Made by a program: the position numbers and the translations under genes
The notes under the pieces: generated by a model
Told to the model about the DNA's origin: nothing
What the model saw: the letters and a program-made list of their open reading frames with translations, nothing else
Databases searched by the model: none
NCBI GenBank assembly: GCA_964429875.1
Contig: CAYSDL010000002.1
Span: 5,270 to 69,269, forward strand
Length of the DNA stretch: 64,000 nucleotides
Origin: an uncultured bacterium
Lineage (GTDB): Bacteria > Fidelibacterota > Marinisomatia > SCGC-AAA003-L08 > D37C17
Direction: 5' to 3'
In this document: positions 38,127-46,884 of the stretch, in pieces
Layout: the number at the start of each line of letters is the position of its first letter
How positions within the stretch are numbered: position 1 is the first letter of the stretch

Positions 38127-39701
38127 ATGAAACTTCAAAAATATTCTCCTGATAAAATAGATGGCAAGTATGATGTTATTATTATTGGATCAGGCATATC
38201 TGGATTATGTAGCGCTGCACTTCTTGGAATGGAAGGAAAAAAGGTACTTGTAATTGAAAAACATTTCAAAATCGGTGGTTATACACACACTTTTAAAAGA
38301 CAAAACTATGAATGGGATGTAGGTATTCATTATATTGGAGGTGTTCACAGAGAAAAAGCATTTTCTAGAAAGTTATTTGATAAAATAACAGAGAATGAAC
38401 TTAAATGGAATAAAACAGATGATAACTATGATAGGATTATATTTCCTGACAAATCATATGACTTTATTGCACCAAAAAGTAAATTCATAGAAAATATGAA
38501 AAGTTACTTCCCTGATGAATCTTCAAATATTGATAAATATATTGATGTTGTTTTAAGTATAAATAAAGCTATGTTTAAATATTTCGCTGCAAAAAGCTTA
38601 TCTGGAGTTAAAGAATTTTTTATGCACAAATATCTCAGTAAAGATTTTTTAGCTTTTTCTAACAAAACAACATATGATGCATTATCAGAAATCACTTCAA
38701 ATCAAAAATTAATAGGTGTATTAACCGGTCAGTGGGGTGATTATGGTCTTCCCCCTAAACAAAGTAGTTTTGCTATGCATTGTGCAATTGCTGGGCATTA
38801 TTTAGATGGAGCAAACTATCCCATAGGAGGATCTCGGATGATAGCTGAGTCTATTGCACCTGTAATAGAAAAGTATGGTGGCAAGATATTTATAAGCACA
38901 GGAGTAGATTCAATTCATATTAAAAATAGTGCATGTAAGGGAGTTATTTTAGAAAATGGTGATATTATTGAATCAGATACTGTTATAAGTAGCGCAGGCG
39001 TTCAGAACACATTGCATAAGTTTTTAAGAAATGAGGATTCCTTGTCATCCTATAGAGAAAATTTAAGTTTAGTAAAACCCTCATTTGGACATGCCTGTTT
39101 ATATGTTGGGTTTAATAAAACTGCAAAAGAGCTTGGGATTAAAAATACAAATCTATGGATCTATCCAGGTTATGATCATGATTTAACTACTAATACCTAT
39201 ATGAATAATGAAGATGCAGATTTTCCTGTTACCTATATTTCTTTTGCCTCATCAAAGGATCCAAGCTGGGACAGTGTACATCCTGGCACAGCAACACTTG
39301 AAGCAATAGTTCCAACAAAGTTTAATAATTTTAGCAAATGGTCAAAAGATCCATGGAAAGGTAGGGGAGATGAGTATGAAAAATATAAGGAAAACTTCTC
39401 TAAGCGTATAATAAAGCAAATTTATAAACATTGTCCTCACCTTGAAAATAAAATTTCTTATTATGAATTATCCTCTCCACTTTCCACGAGAGACATGGCT
39501 CATTATCAATTTGGAGAACTCTATGGAGCAGATCATACACCTTCAAGATTCAGACAAAAATGGTTAAAGCCTAAAACTCCTGTTAAAAATTTATATATGA
39601 CAGGACAAGATATTACTACAGTTGGACTTCCCAGTGCTTTAATGTCGGGCGTTCTTACATGCTCCACTTTATTAAATAAAAATTTATTCAAAACAATATA
39701 A
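38127..39701 (+). CDS. FAD-dependent oxidoreductase, phytoene desaturase (CrtI) / retinol saturase-like family
   Basis: Rossmann motif YDVIIIGSGISGLCSAALLGMEGKKVLVIEKHFKIGGYTHTF. C-terminal LYMTGQDITTVGLPSALMSG. Confidence 0.75.
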   Translation: MKLQKYSPDKIDGKYDVIIIGSGISGLCSAALLGMEGKKVLVIEKHFKIGGYTHTFKRQNYEWDVGIHYIGGVHREKAFSRKLFDKITENELKWNKTDDNYDRIIFPDKSYDFIAPKSKFIENMKSYFPDESSNIDKYIDVVLSINKAMFKYFAAKSLSGVKEFFMHKYLSKDFLAFSNKTTYDALSEITSNQKLIGVLTGQWGDYGLPPKQSSFAMHCAIAGHYLDGANYPIGGSRMIAESIAPVIEKYGGKIFISTGVDSIHIKNSACKGVILENGDIIESDTVISSAGVQNTLHKFLRNEDSLSSYRENLSLVKPSFGHACLYVGFNKTAKELGIKNTNLWIYPGYDHDLTTNTYMNNEDADFPVTYISFASSKDPSWDSVHPGTATLEAIVPTKFNNFSKWSKDPWKGRGDEYEKYKENFSKRIIKQIYKHCPHLENKISYYELSSPLSTRDMAHYQFGELYGADHTPSRFRQKWLKPKTPVKNLYMTGQDITTVGLPSALMSGVLTCSTLLNKNLFKTI

Positions 39702-40562
39702 ATGCCTAAAATAGAATTATTAGATGGTGCAATGGGTTCTGAATTCATTAAAAGAGGCTATAATCTACCTGAGCACATATGGTCGGCGAATATGAATATT
39801 GAAAACTCTGATACCGTTTATGACATACATATGGAGTATATAAATGCTGGTTCTAACTATATAACAACAAATACATTTAGGACAACTCCTCGATCTTATA
39901 TGAAAACTGGACTTAATATAAACGAAGCGACAATAGTTGCAAAAAAATCCTTATTAAATGCAGCAGAAATAGCAAAAAAAGCAGCAAATAACAGCGTTAA
40001 GGTTCTTGGTTCAATTGCACCACTTGAAGATTGTTATATGCCAAATTTATTTCCAGGAAAAAATATTGCAAAAAAAGAATATCAAGAAATAGCTAAATGG
40101 TTAGATGAATCGAATATTGATATATTTTTAATTGAAACTATGAATTCTATTCAAGAAGCTGAAATTTGCATTAAAGAATGTTCAAAGTATAATAGACCAA
40201 TATGGGTGAGTTTTTCATTACTTGATAAGAAGAAAATACTATCAGGAGAAAAACTTATTGATGCGATTAAAATGACAAACACATATGATGTTGATGCATT
40301 TTTAATTAATTGCACTTCATTGTATTCTATAAACTATTGTCTTGATACAGTTAGTGATAATTGTGAAGGCAGATGGGGAGTTTATCCTAATCTAGGCATT
40401 GGAAATATTTCTCCCGATGGAAATATTAAATCAATTCACAGTAATGATGATATTATACGTTTATTCTACAATGTAATTGATCATGGGGGGACACTAATTG
40501 GTACATGCTGTGGCTCTTCACCAAAACACATAAACTTATTAAAAAATAAAGTTCTCAAATAA
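39702..40562 (+). CDS. Homocysteine S-methyltransferase family protein
   Basis: LLDGAMGSE, ITTNTFR, LIETM, INCT, GTCCGSSPKHI (zinc-binding Cys pair). Confidence 0.82.
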   Translation: MPKIELLDGAMGSEFIKRGYNLPEHIWSANMNIENSDTVYDIHMEYINAGSNYITTNTFRTTPRSYMKTGLNINEATIVAKKSLLNAAEIAKKAANNSVKVLGSIAPLEDCYMPNLFPGKNIAKKEYQEIAKWLDESNIDIFLIETMNSIQEAEICIKECSKYNRPIWVSFSLLDKKKILSGEKLIDAIKMTNTYDVDAFLINCTSLYSINYCLDTVSDNCEGRWGVYPNLGIGNISPDGNIKSIHSNDDIIRLFYNVIDHGGTLIGTCCGSSPKHINLLKNKVLK

Positions 40563-41044
40563 TGATTCTACCTGACTTACTCGATTATAATTTAAATATT
40601 GTTTTTTGTGGAATGGCTGCTAGCAAAAAATCTAGACAAGTCAATGCATACTATGCTGGACCTGGTAATAAGTTTTGGAAAACATTATACAATATAAGAT
40701 TAACTACAAAAGAGCTTAAACCAAAAGAATTCAAACAACTGATTACATATAAAATTGGCTTAACTGATATATGTAAAACAGATTTTGGCAATGACAATGA
40801 ATTAGATTCGACAAAATTCGATGTAAATGGGTGTAATTTGAAGATATTACAATACAAACCTAGAATCATATGCTTTAATGGAAAAAATCCTGCAAAAGTG
40901 TATTTAAATAAGAAAAAAGTTGAATATGGTATTCAAATTGAAAAAATAGGTGACTCTGAAGTCTTTATACTGCCGTCAACAAGTGGAGCAGCAAGTGGTT
41001 ATTGGGATATTAATAAATGGAAACTTTTAGTAAATTATTGTTGA
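40562..41044 (+). CDS. Mug/TDG-like (UDG superfamily) DNA glycosylase homologue with atypical motif 1
   Basis: Collinear with my recollection of E. coli Mug: IVFCG-MAASKKSRQVNAYYAGPGNKFW versus [27 protein letters not shown]. It also has LPSTSGAAS near the C-terminus. GINPG is replaced by GMAAS. Confidence 0.7.
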   Translation: MILPDLLDYNLNIVFCGMAASKKSRQVNAYYAGPGNKFWKTLYNIRLTTKELKPKEFKQLITYKIGLTDICKTDFGNDNELDSTKFDVNGCNLKILQYKPRIICFNGKNPAKVYLNKKKVEYGIQIEKIGDSEVFILPSTSGAASGYWDINKWKLLVNYC

Positions 41045-41117
41045 TCTACAAAGCTCTTCTTGTTATTAATTCGGAATAATACTGATAATATATATTATGT
41101 CTAATAGTATGTCTGAG

Positions 41118-44018
41118 CTAAGAAAACTTAAGGAGCTGTTCTTTTAAAGCTTTAGCCCTATTTACTTCAATATGATCAGGATCGGCAAATTTATAGTGAT
41201 CTAAATAAATATCAATCTTTTCTAATGCCTTACTATATTCACCCATGTCTCTATATAATAAAGCATATTCATAATCAGCGTCAAATAGATATTTTAAGCT
41301 AGTGCCGTAAATTTCATCAAGTTTATTCTTTGATTTTTTATATTCTCCTAATAATCTGTAGCATCTAGCAATGGAAATATGTATCCCAGCATAATGATGT
41401 GCTTTATTATTATCTAAATATTCTTCATATAAAGAAATTGCTTTTTGATAATCATTATAAACATATTCTGACACAATTCCTTCATGTCTGTGTATTTTCC
41501 AATAATCCATTGCAAGTGCATCGTGGCCATTTTTTGCTATTTGAATCTGCTCTTCTATTAAACTCCATTTTTCTGCTTCAATATACATAGATATTTTCCA
41601 CATAGGAGATCTTATTTCATCTGTTGCAAGTTTGAATTTTTCATCAGCATAATTCAAAATATCTACAGATTGATCAAATTGATCAATCTGTGCATAATTC
41701 CTAGAAAGAGTAATATAAAAACTACCGTAAAAATTTAATGGCATTTTATCTTCTGTCAGAGATAGTGCTAAATTTATATATTTAATTCCTTCTTTAATCT
41801 TACCATACTCTTCATTTAATATGTATAATTGTCTATATGTAGAAAGGGTGTCATATATAGTATTACATCTATCCAATATTTTAGTAAATTCTTCAATTCT
41901 TCCTATTCCTAAATCTTTTTTAATATATGCTAAGTCTAACATTGCTTCTACATTATTTGTATCATATAACAATGCCTGATTATACATTTCTTCAGCCTTT
42001 TCATAATCATTCATTGTTTCATACAGGGTACCTAATGTGGTATATATTTCATAGTCATCTGGATATCCTTCAAGATGATCTAAATAGTATTTTAATGCTT
42101 TATCATAATCACCTAAATCATAAAAATATGTGTTCCCAATTTTCATAATGTAATTTGATACAACATCTGTTCCATATTTATTACCAAATAATTTTAATAC
42201 TTTTTTATATTGCTCTATTTCTTTGTCATGTTGTGATTTCATTGCATAAAATTCTCCTAAAACATTGTACGCTAAAACATCATCTGGAAATAATTCTGCT
42301 TGCATCAAAGCGACCTTAAAAGCCTTATCAGGCTGTTTCGTTTCAAAATAATATAATACATTTGGAATGAAACGTAATTTTTCGGGAAGTTTATAAATAT
42401 TATCTATAATTTTTTCAATTACATGAAGCTGGTTATCTCCCTGACCATCTGCTTGATAAATATTATGCAATCCTAAATATGCAATTACAAAAGAATCGTC
42501 TATTTTTACGGCTTTAAGAAAATAATCAATAGCCTTTTCATGTTCCTCCATAGCTCTTATTGCTCCTTCAGAAGCCATTCTCAAGGCTTCCTCAGATTTT
42601 GTCAACAATTCATTAGCTGGTAAATCTATTGACTCTTCAATATAATTAATCGGAACTCCAATATCTTTTCTAATAAACAAAGACAAATCATCAATCAATT
42701 CAAATATATCATCACTGATAAAAGTTTTTGATGAGATTTTTTTAAAGGATTTCGTATGATAAATATTAACAAGAATATTATATTTATTATTTTCTTGTTT
42801 GATTTTGCCATTTAGAAAATACTCATCTTTAGCAAGTAAAGAAATTTCTCTTTGAAGTGAAACGCTCAAGTTATCAAACACCGTTTTATTATATTTTTTC
42901 AACCTCCAGTTATATTGAAATTGTTCATATGAATTAATATAAAGATCTTGATGTAACTTCCAGGATATTGCGCCTGGCAAACCATAAGATAGCCAAGATT
43001 TTTCAGTATTCTCAGCATCAATACCAAGATTATAAAGAGTAATGGACTTTCTAAACTCAGACTTTGGGACAATCCTATCCATAACCTTACCATAATCTTT
43101 ACAATTTGATGTACAAGAGGCTGCGCATACATGTTCATATGAAACTGTTTTAGTGGTAGCACCCAAATCCTTAGGGTAGAAAAAAATAGTTAAAGCAATA
43201 ATGGTTGCAATAAGATTTAGAGGTATACCTATTTTTTCTACTTTTGTCCATCTGTCTTTTCCAGGAGCTCCATGAAAATATGATAAAATTAGAACACTAG
43301 GTATCATTGAAATAATAACCGCTAAACCTAAATCAACTAAATGAGGAGAGTATTGATACCTAATTGTAAACCAATCAATAAATTGGATGACTGTCCATCC
43401 AACTGCAACATAAAACCCTATAAATTGAGGAATCCTTCTTGCTAATAATTCTGAAAAAAATGTTAATTCTACTTTCTTTTCTTTTTTTATTTCTTCAGTT
43501 TTTTCTTGTGATGAACTTTTATGATTAATTAATTGAAAAATCTCATAGGTATCATCAATTCCTTTAATCTCTTTTTCACCTAAAGATTTTGTATCAATAT
43601 CTTCATGACCTCTAGTATGATTATTCACGTCTTTAGTAATACATATTTGACCTGGCTTTGCAAAACCATAAATACGTGATGCAATGTTTACGCCTGATCC
43701 AAAATAATCATCTTTTTCTTTAATAACATCACCAACGTGAATACCCACACGTACTTTAAAATCACATTGGGCTGTAATTATCTCTTGTAAAAGCTTAGAG
43801 AACTTGACAGCATTGTAGGCACTATCAAAAATCATCAAACATCCGTCACCAAGTTCCTTTAAAACTTCGCCATTATATTTTTTAATATTATTCTGTATTA
43901 GAGATGAATGGTCTTTGATATGTTTAAGGCCAAGCTTTTCATTTTTAGCCATTGTGACAGTAAAGTCGACGACATCACTAAAAACTATCGCTGCTAATTT
44001 TCTATTAGATATGTCCAT
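41118..44018 (-). CDS. Class III adenylate/guanylate cyclase - TM - TPR multidomain protein
   Basis: N-terminal AAIVFSDVVDFT...KELGDGCLMIF...RVGIHVGDV...FGSGVNIASR cyclase domain. About 4 TM segments (residues ~190-290). Long C-terminal array of TPR-like repeats. Confidence 0.85.
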   Translation of the reverse strand: MDISNRKLAAIVFSDVVDFTVTMAKNEKLGLKHIKDHSSLIQNNIKKYNGEVLKELGDGCLMIFDSAYNAVKFSKLLQEIITAQCDFKVRVGIHVGDVIKEKDDYFGSGVNIASRIYGFAKPGQICITKDVNNHTRGHEDIDTKSLGEKEIKGIDDTYEIFQLINHKSSSQEKTEEIKKEKKVELTFFSELLARRIPQFIGFYVAVGWTVIQFIDWFTIRYQYSPHLVDLGLAVIISMIPSVLILSYFHGAPGKDRWTKVEKIGIPLNLIATIIALTIFFYPKDLGATTKTVSYEHVCAASCTSNCKDYGKVMDRIVPKSEFRKSITLYNLGIDAENTEKSWLSYGLPGAISWKLHQDLYINSYEQFQYNWRLKKYNKTVFDNLSVSLQREISLLAKDEYFLNGKIKQENNKYNILVNIYHTKSFKKISSKTFISDDIFELIDDLSLFIRKDIGVPINYIEESIDLPANELLTKSEEALRMASEGAIRAMEEHEKAIDYFLKAVKIDDSFVIAYLGLHNIYQADGQGDNQLHVIEKIIDNIYKLPEKLRFIPNVLYYFETKQPDKAFKVALMQAELFPDDVLAYNVLGEFYAMKSQHDKEIEQYKKVLKLFGNKYGTDVVSNYIMKIGNTYFYDLGDYDKALKYYLDHLEGYPDDYEIYTTLGTLYETMNDYEKAEEMYNQALLYDTNNVEAMLDLAYIKKDLGIGRIEEFTKILDRCNTIYDTLSTYRQLYILNEEYGKIKEGIKYINLALSLTEDKMPLNFYGSFYITLSRNYAQIDQFDQSVDILNYADEKFKLATDEIRSPMWKISMYIEAEKWSLIEEQIQIAKNGHDALAMDYWKIHRHEGIVSEYVYNDYQKAISLYEEYLDNNKAHHYAGIHISIARCYRLLGEYKKSKNKLDEIYGTSLKYLFDADYEYALLYRDMGEYSKALEKIDIYLDHYKFADPDHIEVNRAKALKEQLLKFS

Positions 44019-44021
44019 TCG

Positions 44022-44882
44022 TTAAATCAATCTTCCTTTACTTTTATTTTTCTTTGACTTTTTATGTCCTTTTACCGTCCATACAACGCCAATGTACAAT
44101 GTATAGTAATCTGCTTCTATATGATTACTTATTTGTTGAATGAAATTTTCATTCCCATCAGTGTAATATAATAATTCTTGGTCAGGCCTTTTAAGATGTG
44201 TGAGCATATTATATCTTACTCCGAAATCAAGACCAACATCCTGAACTTCATCAAAGAATATATTCACACCTAAATCAAGAGTAAATGCTGGCGATGTAGA
44301 ACGATGTTCAAGATCTGTAGAATTGTTATTGTTAGAACAAAAGTCTGCATCAAGTAATATATCCATAAACCAGCCAAAATTCGAACATCCGTCACCAAAA
44401 TCATATGATGTTTTTTCTGAAAAAGTAGCTATACCTAAAAGACCTCCAACATAAGGCCTAAAGTTTCCATTTTTACTTAATCCATTACTAGCTGTTAATC
44501 TAAAGCCTCCATTGAAAACAAATCCCTGCTCATAATTATTTATTTCAACATTCATTAAAGCATTTCCACTTGTGCCCTGCACTTCATCTGTCCAATAATC
44601 ACTTCTAAAGCTAATATATTGAACGCCAACTTGCCATTTGAATAATCCTTCTCTAAGAGTATTTTTTCTTTCAAATGCTCTTGAAAAGGAATACCTAATA
44701 CTGAAGCCATCATCTGCATATTTATCATATAATGCTGTTGGATAGTTTCTTCCAAAGTCAATCTCATGATAAGAATGCGGAGAGACATCTAAGCAATACA
44801 CAAAAGAAAAGGATAAAATAATACTTAATATTATTAATTTAATATCTTTAAACAAGATTACCCTTTCTAAGCAGAGCATCAA
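44022..44882 (-). CDS. Putative outer-membrane beta-barrel protein
   Basis: Signal peptide KDIKLIILSIILSFSFVYC. Alternating-hydrophobicity strands rich in G/Y/F (WQVGVQYISFRS, GFVFNGGFRLTAS, RPYVGGLLGIATF, DFGVRYNM). The start is ambiguous (TTG 44882, ATG 44879, TTG 44855) and the longest form overlaps the dcp stop. Confidence 0.55.
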   Translation of the reverse strand: MMLCLERVILFKDIKLIILSIILSFSFVYCLDVSPHSYHEIDFGRNYPTALYDKYADDGFSIRYSFSRAFERKNTLREGLFKWQVGVQYISFRSDYWTDEVQGTSGNALMNVEINNYEQGFVFNGGFRLTASNGLSKNGNFRPYVGGLLGIATFSEKTSYDFGDGCSNFGWFMDILLDADFCSNNNNSTDLEHRSTSPAFTLDLGVNIFFDEVQDVGLDFGVRYNMLTHLKRPDQELLYYTDGNENFIQQISNHIEADYYTLYIGVVWTVKGHKKSKKNKSKGRLI

Positions 44883-46875
44883 CTTTTGGCTCCCTCCCCA
44901 TAAATTTCACATATAAATTCATTGGATGCTCCATGTTCCCTTTAGATAAAATATTTTTCTTAAAGGATTCTGCTGTGCTAACATTAAAAATTCCATCATT
45001 TTTAAATTTCTCAAAGGCATCCGCTTCTAAAAGCTCTGCCCATTTATATGAATAATAACCAGCTGAATATCCTCCGCTAAAAATATGCCCAAATGAACAT
45101 GAGACACTATTACCTTCAACTTTAGGCACCTGTCTGTAGTTTTCAATAAGAGATCCCTCATATTCTTCTACATCATTAACCTGTTTATATCCATCATGCC
45201 ACCCCATATCAATCTTACAAAGCTGTAATTGTCTAAGAGAGTTTGATCCTGACATATATGTTTTAACATCATTTATCTTATCAATATATTCCATTGGCAT
45301 TGATTTACCTGTTTCATAATGCTTCGCATACATTTCTATTACTTCTGGCTCGGTCAACCAATTTTCTAAAATTTGTGAAGGAAGCTCAACAAAATCCCAA
45401 TATACGCTCATGCTTCCTAGTGACTGATATTTAACATTAGAAAATAGTCCATGCAAACAATGTCCAAATTCATGGAAGACAGTTCTTACTTCATTAATTG
45501 ACCATAATGCAGGTTTGGAATCAGTAGGTTTTGTTAAATTGCAATTTAAAGTCACATGAGGTCTTTGTACCTCTCCATTATTAAGCCCTTGACTTCTAAG
45601 CTGATTCATCCAGGCACCATTTCTTTTTGTTTCTCTTGGATAAAGGTCAATATATAGCAATCCTAAATAATTACCCTCTTTATCATCTACTTTATATACA
45701 TTTACCTCATCGTGAAAAACCTGTACATCTGAAAGATGGTTGATCGTTATACCATACAATTTATTTGCAACATCAAAGACGCCATTTATAACATTTTCTG
45801 ATTTAAAGTAAGGCCTAAGGGCTTCATCATTAAAATCGAACATTTTTTCTTTATATAAATTCCCATAATAAGCTGTGTCCCACGCCTGCATTTCATCAAT
45901 ACCATCTAACTCTTTAGCGTAAGCTTTTATATCATCAAATTCTTTCTTTGACTTATCAAATGAAGGCACAATTAAATCATCAATAAGTTTGTATACATTA
46001 TTTTTAGATTGAGCCATTCTTCTATTAAGAACATAATCTGCATGCGTATCATACCCTAAGAGATTTGCTTTATCATGACGGAGTTTTGAAATCTTTCTAA
46101 GAATATCTGTATTATCAAATTCATCACCATTACACTTTGATCCCATTAGACGCAATACATCTTTGCGTGTAGATCTATCTTTGCAAAATTTTACAATAAT
46201 ACCAAAATTAGTATCTAGAGAAAAACACCAACTCCCCTCTCTCCCTTCTTTTTTTGCAAGCTCACTTGCAGCATCAATAAAGGATTGAGGAATTCCTGTA
46301 AGTAAATTCTCATCATCTATCCAGTATTTATTAATTTTATTTGAAGCTTTTAAAACATTATCTGAAAACTTAGGTGAAAGAATAGATAGCTCCTGCGATA
46401 TGCTTCTGTATGTTTCCTTATCAGCATCATTTAAGTTTGCTCCGTTTCTAGCAAATGAGCTATAAATTTCATTAATAAGCCTCAGATCTTCTTCATTATA
46501 CCCCATAGCCTCCTTAGAATCAAAAACGTCTTTTATTCGTAAAAATAAAGCTTCATTCAAGTAAATATCATTACTTAGCTTTGTTGTAAGCGGGTTGATA
46601 TCCTTTATTAAATCTCTAATTCCTTGATCTGCTTCAGATGCAAACAGATGATGAAATACTGTATTAACATAATCCAGATCTTCCTTCGCTGTTTCAAATG
46701 CAATGATGGTATTATCAAATGTTGCAGGCTCTTCATTATCACAAATATTTTTAATATTTGCTTCAGCCAGATCTATCGTCTCCTTAATTGCTGGCAAAAA
46801 ATGTTCTGATTTGATATCTTCAAACGGAACAGTGTTATAAGGTTGATTGTTTTTTGCTAATAATGGATTTTCCAC
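44848..46875 (-). CDS. dcp: M3-family peptidyl-dipeptidase / oligopeptidase
   Basis: Zinc motif FHEFGHCLHG. Length and FVELPSQILENW fit M3A. Confidence 0.88.
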   Translation of the reverse strand: MENPLLAKNNQPYNTVPFEDIKSEHFLPAIKETIDLAEANIKNICDNEEPATFDNTIIAFETAKEDLDYVNTVFHHLFASEADQGIRDLIKDINPLTTKLSNDIYLNEALFLRIKDVFDSKEAMGYNEEDLRLINEIYSSFARNGANLNDADKETYRSISQELSILSPKFSDNVLKASNKINKYWIDDENLLTGIPQSFIDAASELAKKEGREGSWCFSLDTNFGIIVKFCKDRSTRKDVLRLMGSKCNGDEFDNTDILRKISKLRHDKANLLGYDTHADYVLNRRMAQSKNNVYKLIDDLIVPSFDKSKKEFDDIKAYAKELDGIDEMQAWDTAYYGNLYKEKMFDFNDEALRPYFKSENVINGVFDVANKLYGITINHLSDVQVFHDEVNVYKVDDKEGNYLGLLYIDLYPRETKRNGAWMNQLRSQGLNNGEVQRPHVTLNCNLTKPTDSKPALWSINEVRTVFHEFGHCLHGLFSNVKYQSLGSMSVYWDFVELPSQILENWLTEPEVIEMYAKHYETGKSMPMEYIDKINDVKTYMSGSNSLRQLQLCKIDMGWHDGYKQVNDVEEYEGSLIENYRQVPKVEGNSVSCSFGHIFSGGYSAGYYSYKWAELLEADAFEKFKNDGIFNVSTAESFKKNILSKGNMEHPMNLYVKFMGREPKVDALLRKGNLV

Positions 46876-46884
46876 ATTTCTCTC

